Shown: positions 17,020 to 25,792 of the stretch, piece by piece | Numbering within the stretch: position 1 is the first letter of the stretch | Layout of the letters: each line of letters begins with the position of its first letter | DNA from: Vicinamibacterales bacterium | Lineage (GTDB): Bacteria; Acidobacteriota; Vicinamibacteria; Vicinamibacterales; CAVVIG01 | Direction of reading: 5' to 3' | Length of the DNA: 64,000 nt | Assembly (NCBI GenBank): GCA_035939575.1 | Contig: DASZFS010000049.1 | Span: 1,518 to 65,517 of the forward strand | The notes under the pieces: generated by a model | The model's input: only the letters and a program-made list of their open reading frames with translations | Database searches by the model: none | Told to the model about the DNA's origin: nothing | Translations under genes and position numbers: made by a program

Positions 17020-18903
17020 ATGTCTCTTTTTGCACGCAGAATAGCGCCCAACGGCCGGGTTGCACACAATTTTGATCGGCCAAGTTTTTGGCCACCTGGG
17101 CAGCTTTTGACCAGACAGGCGCGCATCGTGTCGGCCACTGCCGCGCTTGCCGTCGGAACCGCCCTGGCGGTTGCGTCAGGGGCGTGCGAACAGACCCCCG
17201 TCGCGCACGCACCAGGGGTCCGATCTGAAGCTGCGCCGGCAGCCGCAGCCGGCATTCCCGCAAGAGGCGGCTCGGCGGTTGCCTCCATTCGGACCGAGCC
17301 CCGGTCGTTCAACCGCCTGGTCGCGCGGGACAGCAGCACCGACCTGGTGGCGACCCTCACCCAGGCCAAGCTCGTTCGCATTAACAAAGTGACGCAGGAG
17401 CTCGAGCCTTGGCTTGCCCAGAGCTGGAAAACCGATGCGGACGGCCGCCACTACACCCTGGCCCTGCGCGAAGGGATCGCCTTCTCAGACGGTCACCCGT
17501 TCACCTCCGACGACGTGGTGTTCACGTTTCGCGCGTTGTACGACGCGAAAACGCAAAGCCCACTCGGTGATGCGCTGACCATTGCGGGCAAGCCAATCGA
17601 GGTCGCGGCCCTCGATCCGCACACCGTCGCGCTCACATTTCCATCCGCGTTCGCGCCCGGGCTTCGCCTCTTGAGCAACCTTCCAATTCTGCCCAGGCAC
17701 AAGCTTGAAGGCGCGTTCCGCCAGGGGACGCTCGCGGCGGCGTGGGGGGTGTCGACCGCGCCCGCGGACCTCACCGGTCTCGGTCCATTCATCCTGAGCG
17801 CGTACACACCGGGTCAACGGCTGGTGTTCGATCGCAACCCGCGCTATTGGCGAACCGACGATCGCGGCACTGCGCTCCCGTATCTCGACCGCCTGACCGT
17901 CGAGATCATCCCGGATCAGAACGCCGACCTGCTGCGGCTCCAGGCAGGGCAGCTTGATATGACGACCAGCGAGGTCGCGCCGGAATCGTACGCCGCGACC
18001 AGGCGTGCCGCGGACGCCGGAACGCTGAAGCTGTACGATCTCGGCGTCGCGCTCGTCGCCGACAGCTTCTGGATCAACCTCAAACCTGGCACGTTCGCTG
18101 GCGACCCGCGCGCCGCGTGGCTTCAGCGGGACGAGTTCCGGCGCGCGATCTCGATGGCGGTGGACCGCAGGCTCTTCGCGGATACGGTGTTCTTCGGCGC
18201 GGGAGAGCCGGTCGACGGCCCGGAGACGCCCGCCAACAAGAAGTGGTACTCGCCTGACGTGCCGAAGGTGCCCCACGACCCCGACGGAGCCAGGCGGCTG
18301 CTGGCGTCCATCGGCCTCAACGATCACGACGGCAGCGGCGGGAACGGTCTCCTGATGGACGCCGGTCAGCGGCCCGTGCAGTTCACGCTGCTCACGCAGA
18401 AAGGGCGGCCCCGGCTCGAGCGGGGCGCGTCGGTCGTCCGCGACGAGCTCCGGAAGATCGGCGTGGTCATGGACGTCGCGGCGCTGGACGGCGGCGCGGT
18501 CATCGAGCGCATCGTGTCGGGCAAGTACGACGCGGTGTACTTCAACCCTCAGGCGACGGACACGGACCCGGGGACAAACCCGGACTTCTGGCTCAGCTCC
18601 GGTACGGCGCACCTGTGGAACATGGCGGAGGCCAAGCCCGCCACCCCCTGGGAGCAGCACATCGACGAGTTGATGGCGCGGCAGGCAGCGTCGTTCGACG
18701 AGAACGAGCGGCGGCGCATTTTCACCGATGTCCTTCGCATCTTCGGCGAGCACCAGCCGGTGCTCTACTTCGCCGCGCCCAGGCTGTTTGTCGCCGTGTC
18801 GTCCCGCATGATCCTGACGCCGGCCGTGGATCCGTGGCCCGCGCTGTGGTCGCCGGATACCATCGCGGTTGCGGTCCGCGCTCAACCGACGCCGGGACGA
18901 TAG
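17020..18903 (+). CDS. ABC transporter substrate-binding protein, family 5 (peptide/nickel type)
   Basis: 627-aa ORF with an N-terminal signal/lipobox-like LAVASGAC. Length and conserved blocks (e.g. FSDGHPFTSDDVVFTF, NPRYW) are typical of DppA/OppA-like SBPs. Two permease genes follow. Confidence 0.8.
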   Translation: MSLFARRIAPNGRVAHNFDRPSFWPPGQLLTRQARIVSATAALAVGTALAVASGACEQTPVAHAPGVRSEAAPAAAAGIPARGGSAVASIRTEPRSFNRLVARDSSTDLVATLTQAKLVRINKVTQELEPWLAQSWKTDADGRHYTLALREGIAFSDGHPFTSDDVVFTFRALYDAKTQSPLGDALTIAGKPIEVAALDPHTVALTFPSAFAPGLRLLSNLPILPRHKLEGAFRQGTLAAAWGVSTAPADLTGLGPFILSAYTPGQRLVFDRNPRYWRTDDRGTALPYLDRLTVEIIPDQNADLLRLQAGQLDMTTSEVAPESYAATRRAADAGTLKLYDLGVALVADSFWINLKPGTFAGDPRAAWLQRDEFRRAISMAVDRRLFADTVFFGAGEPVDGPETPANKKWYSPDVPKVPHDPDGARRLLASIGLNDHDGSGGNGLLMDAGQRPVQFTLLTQKGRPRLERGASVVRDELRKIGVVMDVAALDGGAVIERIVSGKYDAVYFNPQATDTDPGTNPDFWLSSGTAHLWNMAEAKPATPWEQHIDELMARQAASFDENERRRIFTDVLRIFGEHQPVLYFAAPRLFVAVSSRMILTPAVDPWPALWSPDTIAVAVRAQPTPGR

Positions 18904-19883
18904 TGGCGCGCTACGTCGTCCGGCGGCTCGCGTTCGCGCTGTTCCTGGTCTTCGCCGTATCGTCGGCCTCCCTCGTTCTTGCCCGTCTCGCGCCAGGTGA
19001 CTACGCGGCGACGTCGCTTGGCTTCGAGGCGAGGCGGGAGACCGTTGACGAGATGCGCGAGCGGCTGGGACTCAACAAGCCGCTGATCGCCCAGTACCGC
19101 GACTGGCTTGCCGCCGCCCTGCGCTTCGACTTCGGACGGTCGCTGCAATACGATCGTCCTGTCCGCGATTTGATTCCCGAGCGCGCTGCCAACACGGCGC
19201 TCCTGTCCATCAGCGCCATTCTCCTCGCCACCCTCGTCGGCCTTCCGCTCGGCGTCGTCGCCGGCAGCCGCCGGAGCGGTCTGCTGCCAGGCGCGATTCG
19301 CGCGGCCTCGCTGGTGCTGCTGTCGACGCCGCCGCTGCTCACGTCACTGTTCCTTGTCTTCCTGGCCGCGCGGACCGGTTGGTTTCCCATCGCCGGCATG
19401 CGGTCGGCCGTCGTGCCGCCGGGAGGCGCCCTGGTCGATCTTCTGCATCATCTCGTCGTGCCTGCGGCGGCCATCGGCCTTCCGCTCGCGGCCATGCTCG
19501 AGCGGCTGGAAGCGCAGGCCATGACCGAAGCGGTCGCGGAGCCGTTCGTCCTGGCGGCGTTCGCGCGCGGTGTGCCGACGGCCCGCGTGATCTGGCGCGA
19601 CGCGCTGAAAGCGTCGCTGCGGCCGGTCGCGTCGGTGTACGGCCTCATCATCGGCACGCTGTTCAGCGGATCGTTCGCGGTCGAGGTCATCACGGCCTGG
19701 CCCGGGCTTGGCAGCCTGATGCTCGACGCTCTGCGCACGCGCGATGTGTACCTGGTCGCCGGATGCGCCGGCGCTGGCGCGGTGTTTCTCGCTGCCGGGA
19801 CGCTGCTGTCGGACCTGGCCCTGGCGCTGGTGGATCCCCGGGCAAGGGAGTCGCGGGAGTCGCGGGAAACGAGGGAGGCGTGA
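18903..19883 (+). CDS. ABC transporter permease (DppB/OppB-like)
   Basis: GTG 18903 overlaps the SBP TAG. The N-terminus VARYVVRRLAFALFLVF... is the typical permease start and there are six hydrophobic spans. The upstream part of ORF 18615..19883 lies in a different reading frame over the SBP gene and is not real. Confidence 0.85.
   Translation: MARYVVRRLAFALFLVFAVSSASLVLARLAPGDYAATSLGFEARRETVDEMRERLGLNKPLIAQYRDWLAAALRFDFGRSLQYDRPVRDLIPERAANTALLSISAILLATLVGLPLGVVAGSRRSGLLPGAIRAASLVLLSTPPLLTSLFLVFLAARTGWFPIAGMRSAVVPPGGALVDLLHHLVVPAAAIGLPLAAMLERLEAQAMTEAVAEPFVLAAFARGVPTARVIWRDALKASLRPVASVYGLIIGTLFSGSFAVEVITAWPGLGSLMLDALRTRDVYLVAGCAGAGAVFLAAGTLLSDLALALVDPRARESRESRETREA
19846..19881 (+). repeat. 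9-nt tandem repeat (GGGAGTCGC x2 plus 2 degenerate units) encoding RESRESRETREA
   Basis: Read directly at the extreme 3' end of the permease gene. It overlaps the GTGA start/stop junction with the next permease gene. Confidence 0.9.
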
Positions 19884-20881
19884 CCGTTCGCGCGGCGCGC
19901 GGCGTTCATCCGTTGGGGGGCGCGATCGTCCTGGTAACCGCCCTGGCCGCGATCCTCGCGCCGCTTGTCGGGCCGCACGCGCCCGACGATCACTTTTCGA
20001 GGTGGCTCAATGCGCCTCCAACCCTGCCGCACATCCGCGACTCGGCGGGGACCTGGCAGCGCCCGTTCATCTATCGCTGGCGGCTGGTCGACCAGCTCGA
20101 ACAGCGCTACGAGGAAGACCGCTCGCGCCCTGTGCCGCTCGCGTGGTTTGCGCGAGGCCGCCTGGTCTCCTCCGCGGACGAGGCGACGGCGCCATTGATG
20201 CTGCTGGGCACCGACAGTTTCGGCCGCGACGTATTCACGCGGCTGCTCTTCGGCGCGCGAGCATCGCTTGGCGTCGCCCTGACCGCGGCAATCGGCGCGA
20301 TGCTGATCGGCGCGCTGATCGGCGGTGTTGCCGGCGTCACCGGCGGTGGGGTCGACGACCTGCTCATGCGCGGCGCCGATTTCGTCATGGTTCTGCCGGC
20401 GATGTACGTCGCCCTCGCTCTGCGGTCGGTCCTGCCGCTCGTGCTGCCGTCTCGAACTGTGTTCATCCTCCTGACCGGCATCTTCGCGACCGTCGGGGCG
20501 CCGTTCGTCGCGCGCGGCGTCCGCGCGATCGTGCGCAGCGAGCGGCGGCTCGACTATGCGCTCGCGGCCGAAGCGTTGGGCGCCAGCCGCGCACGGCTGC
20601 TCGTGCGTCACCTGCTGCCCGCGGCCCGTGGTTTCATCGGCGTCGAGATCACGATGCTCGTGCCGGCTTTCGTGGTGGCCGAAGCGACGCTGTCGTACGT
20701 CGGCCTCGGCTTTCCCGACCCGGTCGCCAGCTGGGGCACCATGCTTCACGACGCGGCGAACGTCAGGGTGTTCGTCGACTTTCCGTGGCTGCTCAGTCCC
20801 GCGCTCGCCATGTTCGCAGTGGTCCTCGGTCTGAACCTCGCCCTGCAGGGACGCCGGACCGGCGTAGAATCAATTCGATGA
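19880..20881 (+). CDS. ABC transporter permease (DppC/OppC-like)
   Basis: GTG 19880 forms a GTGA overlap with the upstream stop. It has an N-terminal TM (GGAIVLVTALAAILAPLV), then the LGTDSFGRDVFTRLLFG motif typical of OppC/DppC, and hydrophobic spans. Confidence 0.85.
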   Translation: MTVRAARGVHPLGGAIVLVTALAAILAPLVGPHAPDDHFSRWLNAPPTLPHIRDSAGTWQRPFIYRWRLVDQLEQRYEEDRSRPVPLAWFARGRLVSSADEATAPLMLLGTDSFGRDVFTRLLFGARASLGVALTAAIGAMLIGALIGGVAGVTGGGVDDLLMRGADFVMVLPAMYVALALRSVLPLVLPSRTVFILLTGIFATVGAPFVARGVRAIVRSERRLDYALAAEALGASRARLLVRHLLPAARGFIGVEITMLVPAFVVAEATLSYVGLGFPDPVASWGTMLHDAANVRVFVDFPWLLSPALAMFAVVLGLNLALQGRRTGVESIR

Positions 20882-21768
20882 ATCTCACAGGCGTCATTGC
20901 CCCCGTTCCAACCCCGTTCGACGATCAGGATCGCGTGGACACGCGCCGGCTGAGCGCGGCGCTGACAAAATGGGCCACTCGACCGTTGACGGGTTTCGTC
21001 GTGCTCGGCTCGAACGGGGAGGCCGTGCTCATCGACGATGTCGACGCCGATCGGGTCATCGTCGCTGCGCGCGAAGCGGTGCCGCGGGATCGCGTCTTCA
21101 TTGTCGGCACCGGGCGCGAGTCCACGCAGGGGACCGTCCGCGCGTCGAAGCGCGCGGCCGAGCACGGCGCTGACGCTGTGCTGGTGCGCACGCCGGGGTT
21201 CTTCAAGAACCAGATGACCGTCGAGGCGTTCGTCCGTCACTACAGAGCGGTTGCCGACGCGTCGCCGGTGCCTGTGCTCCTGTACAATTTCACCGCGCTC
21301 ACGGGCGTGAACCTGACACCGGCCGCCGTATCGCAACTCTCCACGCATCCCAACATCCGCGGCATGAAGGAATCGGGCGGCGACGTCGCCCAGATTGCGG
21401 ATCTGGTCAACGGCTCGCCGAAAACGTTCAGCGTGCTGGCGGGGACCACCGCGACGTTCTACGCGGCGCTGATGGTCGGTGCCGTCGGCGGCATTCTCGC
21501 CGTTGCGTGCGCCGTGCCCGATGCGTGCGTGCGACTGTTCGCGTTGACGCGTGCGGGTCGTCACGATGAGGCTCTCGCTCTCCAGCGGCAGCTGCTTCCG
21601 CTGGCGCGTCTGCTCGGCCCGGCTTACGGCGTCCCTGGCCTGAAGGCCGCGCTCAACCTGCTTGGATACGACGTCGGCTCACCGCGTCCCCCGCTGTCGC
21701 CATTGGCCGATACCGGCGTTGCGGCCATCCGCGGCGCGCTCGCGCAGCTCGAGGAAATTCCTGCATGA
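20878..21768 (+). CDS. dihydrodipicolinate synthase / N-acetylneuraminate lyase family class I aldolase
   Basis: ATG 20878 forms an ATGA overlap with the permease stop. MNLTGVIAPVPTPF..., GSNGE and the Schiff-base Lys context GMKESGGD are present. The specific substrate cannot be assigned. Confidence 0.8.
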   Translation: MNLTGVIAPVPTPFDDQDRVDTRRLSAALTKWATRPLTGFVVLGSNGEAVLIDDVDADRVIVAAREAVPRDRVFIVGTGRESTQGTVRASKRAAEHGADAVLVRTPGFFKNQMTVEAFVRHYRAVADASPVPVLLYNFTALTGVNLTPAAVSQLSTHPNIRGMKESGGDVAQIADLVNGSPKTFSVLAGTTATFYAALMVGAVGGILAVACAVPDACVRLFALTRAGRHDEALALQRQLLPLARLLGPAYGVPGLKAALNLLGYDVGSPRPPLSPLADTGVAAIRGALAQLEEIPA

Positions 21769-21775
21769 GCGCACG

Positions 21776-22537
21776 GTGAAGGCGGTCGTTCTTCACGTGC
21801 TCGCCGCCATTCCGGCGGTTGCGTTCGCGCTGCTTGCCTACGTCTGGCTCACGCTTCCCGACGTCCGCCCGCTCAAGACCCAGAATCCGCCGAGCACCGC
21901 GTTCATGGAGCTGCGCGCGCGGGAAGCCCGGGCGCGAGGGCTGGCGCCGCGCCGCGCTCAGCGCTGGGTCTCCTACGCACGCATTTCTCCCGAGCTGAAG
22001 CGCGCCGTTCTGGTGGCCGAGGACGATGCGTTCTGGCAGCACGAAGGCATTGACCTCGAGCAGCTGCAGGAGTCGCTGGAAGCCGACTGGGCGCGCGGCC
22101 GATTCGTGCGTGGCGGCAGCACCATCACGCAGCAGCTGGCCAAGAACCTCTATCTGTCGCCGTCGAAGGACCCGCTTCGAAAGATACGGGAGCTGATCAT
22201 CGCGCGGCGGCTCGAGGCAGAGCTGAAGAAGGCGCGCATCCTGGAGGTGTACTTGAACGTGATTGAGTGGGGCGACGGCATCTACGGCGTGGAAGCCGCG
22301 TCCCGGGCGTATTTCGGCACGCCGGCGGCCGAGCTCGGGCCGAGCGAGTCGGCGCTGCTGGCCGCAGCGATCGTCAACCCGCGGCTCTTGAATCCGGGGA
22401 AGCCCACGCCCCGACTGCTGCGCCGGCAGCAGCTCATCCTGCGGCGGATGGGCGCTGTTACGCCGCCAGTGCTCGATACGCTCGAGCTGCCACCGTCAGC
22501 GCCGAGGGATGAGGCGGCAGCTCAACTTGAACGTTAA
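21776..22537 (+). CDS. mtgA: monofunctional biosynthetic peptidoglycan transglycosylase
   Basis: One N-terminal TM followed by GT51 motifs AEDDAFWQHEGID, GGSTITQQLAKN and RKIRE. Start taken as in-frame GTG 21776. Confidence 0.85.
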   Translation: MKAVVLHVLAAIPAVAFALLAYVWLTLPDVRPLKTQNPPSTAFMELRAREARARGLAPRRAQRWVSYARISPELKRAVLVAEDDAFWQHEGIDLEQLQESLEADWARGRFVRGGSTITQQLAKNLYLSPSKDPLRKIRELIIARRLEAELKKARILEVYLNVIEWGDGIYGVEAASRAYFGTPAAELGPSESALLAAAIVNPRLLNPGKPTPRLLRRQQLILRRMGAVTPPVLDTLELPPSAPRDEAAAQLER

Positions 22538-22560
22538 CAACACATTACAGCCAGTTCAGC

Positions 22561-22590
22561 TTGACACTCCCTCCAGGGCGACGCTATAGT
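22561..22590 (+). promoter_or_regulatory. sigma-70-like promoter TTGACA-N18-TATAGT
   Basis: TTGACA at 22561-22566, an 18-nt spacer, then TATAGT at 22585-22590. It lies 27 nt upstream of the TTG 22617 start of the HExxH protein gene. Confidence 0.5.
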
Positions 22591-22616
22591 GCCTGGCGGC
22601 TCCCCCACGGGCACAA

Positions 22617-23441
22617 TTGATTAACTACACCGAGCGCCTCACGCTGCTGATGCAGGATATCGTCATGCGTGTGCCGACGTTGTCGTTCATCGACGTCGCC
22701 GATGTCCTTGTCTTTGCGCGCGGCGGTCGATCGAATGCAGAGGGCGCGTTTGCCACGTGCCACTGCCTGACGCTTCCGGCGAGCGACCCTGGCTACTATT
22801 TCTGGCGGGATCGAAGCACCGGGGCGATCACGCGCCGATCGGAGTGGTTCGTCACGAAGTCTCCCCAGGTGACGATCGGATCGCGGCCGATCAAGTACAT
22901 GATCTCGTTTTCCGTGCCTCGCTTCTGCGATCAGTCACTCGACCGATCGCGTAAGGAGCGATTCTATCCGGGCGCCGACCCCTGGATCGCGAAGCTCGAT
23001 ACGGTCGTGCACGAGCTTTATCACATTGATCCGCGATCGGCCGGCATCCGCCGAATCGAGCGGGAAGACGGTACGTACTCCGCCAACTGTCACGGCCACC
23101 AGTTCTTCGAGCAGGTCGCCGGGATGGTCCACACATATCTCGACAACAAGCCGTCGCCGGAGGCGATTGACTTCCTCCGCGAAGACTTTGCTGCGCTCGA
23201 AGCGTCGCACGGAGGCGTGGTCGCGACCACGTTCCGCACGTTCCCGTCGTTCCCTCAGCGGTACATCGAGCGGTGGAGTCAGCAGCTGCCATGTGAGGCT
23301 GACGTTCACGGCGTGCGCGTGGAGTCACTGCGCCCGCCGCGGCAGCCGACGCGCTACACCGAGGACGACCTGCACGTCCGCCAGTTCACGAAGACCACCT
23401 CGCGCAGGCTGATCCGAAAAGGCGCGTTCAGGGCCGCATAG
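22617..23441 (+). CDS. hypothetical HExxH-motif protein (SprT/DUF45-like putative metallopeptidase)
   Basis: VVHELYHIDP followed by NCHGHQFF resembles SprT-like zinc sites. There is no signal peptide. The family assignment is weak. Confidence 0.4.
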   Translation: MINYTERLTLLMQDIVMRVPTLSFIDVADVLVFARGGRSNAEGAFATCHCLTLPASDPGYYFWRDRSTGAITRRSEWFVTKSPQVTIGSRPIKYMISFSVPRFCDQSLDRSRKERFYPGADPWIAKLDTVVHELYHIDPRSAGIRRIEREDGTYSANCHGHQFFEQVAGMVHTYLDNKPSPEAIDFLREDFAALEASHGGVVATTFRTFPSFPQRYIERWSQQLPCEADVHGVRVESLRPPRQPTRYTEDDLHVRQFTKTTSRRLIRKGAFRAA

Positions 23442-23988
23442 TCCGCGCGCCGAGGTATCGCTGCGACCAGTACGCCGCGCTCAGGCGTTCTACGCGGACC
23501 ACGCCCGTCGAGCTCGGCGCGTGGATGAACTCGTCACCGCCCACAGCGATCGCGACGTGAGAGGCACCTGCCTCGGTCGTCGTGAAGAACACGAGGTCAC
23601 CGGGGGCGAGCTCGCGCGGGTCGACTGGCCGCCCCTGGCGATACTGCTCGCGCACTTCACGTGAGAGCGCGACGCCATACTGCGCGAAGACGTACTGCGT
23701 GAACCCGCTGCAGTCAAAGCCGCTTGGATCGGCGCCGCCGTTCCGGTAGGGGACGCCGCGAAGGGCCAGCGCGGTGCCGACGAGTGCGTAACCGTCAACC
23801 CCGCCGGAGATGTCCGGCGCGGTTGTGCCGTCTGAAGGAGTCGCCGAGGGCGTCGAAGTCCCCACGTGCTGCGGCGGCGGCGCCTCCGACCCACCGATCG
23901 CCGGTGCACCGGGGAACGGTCTGGGGACAGCGCCGGTTGAAGCGCACGCCGAGCTCAGGAGGGCAATCGTGAACCAACTCCACTTCAT
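23428..23988 (-). CDS. NlpC/P60 (C40) cell-wall peptidase, probable lipoprotein
   Basis: MKWSWFTIALLSSACAS signal/lipobox-like N-terminus. Catalytic Cys context (GADPSGFDCSGFTQYVF) and His context (SHVAIAVGGDEFIHA) are present. Confidence 0.85.
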   Translation of the reverse strand: MKWSWFTIALLSSACASTGAVPRPFPGAPAIGGSEAPPPQHVGTSTPSATPSDGTTAPDISGGVDGYALVGTALALRGVPYRNGGADPSGFDCSGFTQYVFAQYGVALSREVREQYRQGRPVDPRELAPGDLVFFTTTEAGASHVAIAVGGDEFIHAPSSTGVVRVERLSAAYWSQRYLGARTMRP

Positions 23989-23995
23989 CAAATCC

Positions 23996-24035
23996 AGATC
24001 CTCAAATCCTCAGATCCTCCGATCCTCAGATCTCG
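23996..24035. repeat. octanucleotide tandem repeat (AGATCCTC-like) x5
   Basis: The units read agatcctc aaatcctc agatcctc cgatcctc agatctcg. On the minus strand these are GAGGATnn units (Shine-Dalgarno-like) directly upstream of the NlpC/P60 start. Confidence 0.9.
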
Positions 24036-24181
24036 GTTGTGATATCGGACTGACGATTACGGTACCACAGGCCCTAACCGTCAATGTTTTCAAAGAGTTT
24101 GCGGGCAGCGTGTCTTGACACCTCGACTGGCGTAGTGCAAGATTTTCACATAAGCCACGGGGAAGGGACCCCGGACCAGGA

Positions 24182-24715
24182 ATGAACCAGACGCTTCTTC
24201 TCAACGCGTCGTACGAGCCCCTGAAGATCGTTCACTGGCAGAAAGCGATCACGCTCCTATGCCAGGGTAAGGTCGAAGTCATCCGGGAGTACGACCGTGA
24301 GATCCGCGCTGTATCGTTCAGCTTCAAGCTGCCGTCTGTCATCCGTCTTCTCCGGTACATCAAGATCAAGCGGCGGTTTGACTATGTCCCCTTCTCGCGC
24401 GCGAACATCTACGCGCGGGACGATCATACCTGTCAATATTGCGGCGACGCGTTCGCGACCGCGGATCTCACGTTCGATCACGTGCTGCCGGTCGCGCAAG
24501 GCGGCCGGAAGGACTGGGGCAACATCGTCACGTGCTGCGTGACCTGCAATCGCAAGAAAGGTGGGCGCACGCCGGCTGAAGCCGGCATGCATCTGTTGCG
24601 GATGCCGAAGCGCCCCGATTCGGCGCCGGCCATCCGCATCACGGTCGGCCTCAGGCAGGCCCCGGAAAGCTGGCGCGATTACCTGTACTGGAACGTCGAG
24701 CTGGATGACACCTAG
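24182..24715 (+). CDS. HNH endonuclease family protein
   Basis: CQYCG...DHVLPVAQGG...N..TCCVTCNRKKG (HNH/zinc-finger motif) in a 177-aa stand-alone protein. Confidence 0.8.
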   Translation: MNQTLLLNASYEPLKIVHWQKAITLLCQGKVEVIREYDREIRAVSFSFKLPSVIRLLRYIKIKRRFDYVPFSRANIYARDDHTCQYCGDAFATADLTFDHVLPVAQGGRKDWGNIVTCCVTCNRKKGGRTPAEAGMHLLRMPKRPDSAPAIRITVGLRQAPESWRDYLYWNVELDDT

Positions 24716-24758
24716 GCGGCGGCGCTACCTGCCTCGATTACCCTCAGTTTCCTGACCG

Positions 24759-25766
24759 ATGCCCGCCCGCGTTTCCGCCGTTCATCCGTTGCTGGCCATT
24801 GAAGGCGGCCGCGTCGCCATCGATGGCGCCGATTTCCCCGTTGGCGGACCAGAGCTTCCGGAGGTCCGCATCGGGGACGTCCCGGCCCGCGTGGTCTTCG
24901 CGTCGGCCGAACGGCTGGTGGCCATCCTCCCGCCCGGCCTGGACGGCGGTCGGATGCCGATCCGCATCGCCGGCGTCTCCGGGGTCACCGCGTTCGTCGG
25001 CGTCGCGGCGCCGTTTGCCACGGGGCTCCATCAGGTGGACAACCCGGTCTTCGATCGCGAAGGCAACCTCTACGTCACCTACAGCGGGACGCGCGGGCAG
25101 CAAGTGCCAGTCTCGATCTTCCGGGTCCGCCCAAACGGCACACGCGAGACGTTTTCCTCCGGGATCGTCAACCCGACGTCAATGGCGGTCGACTCGGACG
25201 GCCGTCTTTACGTCTCGAGCCGCTTCGAGGGCGTCGTCTATCGCGTCGTAGCGGACGGCTCGACAGAGCCCTTTGCGACCGATCTGGGCGTTGCCTGCGG
25301 CCTCGCGTTCGCGCCCGACGCCGCGGGTGGAACCCTGTTCGTCGGTGACCGGTCGGGCACGATCTTCAAGGTCGACCGTGCGGGGCGCGCGACGACGTTC
25401 GCTTCGCTGCCGGCGAGCGTTGCGGCATTTCACCTGGCGTACGGACCGCCGGGTCCGGATGCCGCGCTCTACGTGACCGGCCCTACGCTGTCTTCTTATG
25501 ACGCGCTCTATCGCATCGACGCCGAGGGCCTGGTGACGAAGATTCACGAGGGCTTCGGCCGTCCGCAGGGTCTCGTCTTCGACAACCGCGGCGCACTCCA
25601 TGTGGTCGAAGCGCTCGCGGGAAGGAGCGGGCTGTATCGCGTCCGGCCTGACTGTCAACCCGAGCTCGTGCTCGCGGGGCCCGGCCTCGTCGGTGTTGCG
25701 TTCGCTCCTGACGGCGCGCTGGTCGTGACGTCGAACGACACTGCCTATCGGCTGGCACCTCACTAG
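24759..25766 (+). CDS. IPT/TIG domain plus NHL/SMP-30-like beta-propeller protein
   Basis: The N-terminal ~85 aa are Ig-like (VRIGDVPARVVFASAERLVAILPPG). They are followed by repeated G.LYV / G.L.V blades (GNLYVTYSG, GRLYVSSRF, GTLFVGDRS, ALYVTGP, GALHVVEA, GALVVTSND). Confidence 0.55.
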   Translation: MPARVSAVHPLLAIEGGRVAIDGADFPVGGPELPEVRIGDVPARVVFASAERLVAILPPGLDGGRMPIRIAGVSGVTAFVGVAAPFATGLHQVDNPVFDREGNLYVTYSGTRGQQVPVSIFRVRPNGTRETFSSGIVNPTSMAVDSDGRLYVSSRFEGVVYRVVADGSTEPFATDLGVACGLAFAPDAAGGTLFVGDRSGTIFKVDRAGRATTFASLPASVAAFHLAYGPPGPDAALYVTGPTLSSYDALYRIDAEGLVTKIHEGFGRPQGLVFDNRGALHVVEALAGRSGLYRVRPDCQPELVLAGPGLVGVAFAPDGALVVTSNDTAYRLAPH

Positions 25767-25792
25767 TTGCTGGCTACCTGTACAATTCGCCG

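Noticed and set aside
17485-20749. Long minus-strand ORFs 17485..18885 and 19448..20749 opposite the ABC transporter genes
   Set aside because: They are antisense to well-supported SBP and permease genes and have no recognisable motifs. This is a high-GC artefact. The same applies to 36680..38014, 49711..50820, 56953..58119, 58007..59041, 59523..60452, 60424..61662 and 61096..62190.
24115-24144. TTGACA-N17/18-(C)AAGATT as the promoter of the HNH gene
   Set aside because: The -35 is perfect but the -10 matches only about 3 of 6 positions. Left out of the features.
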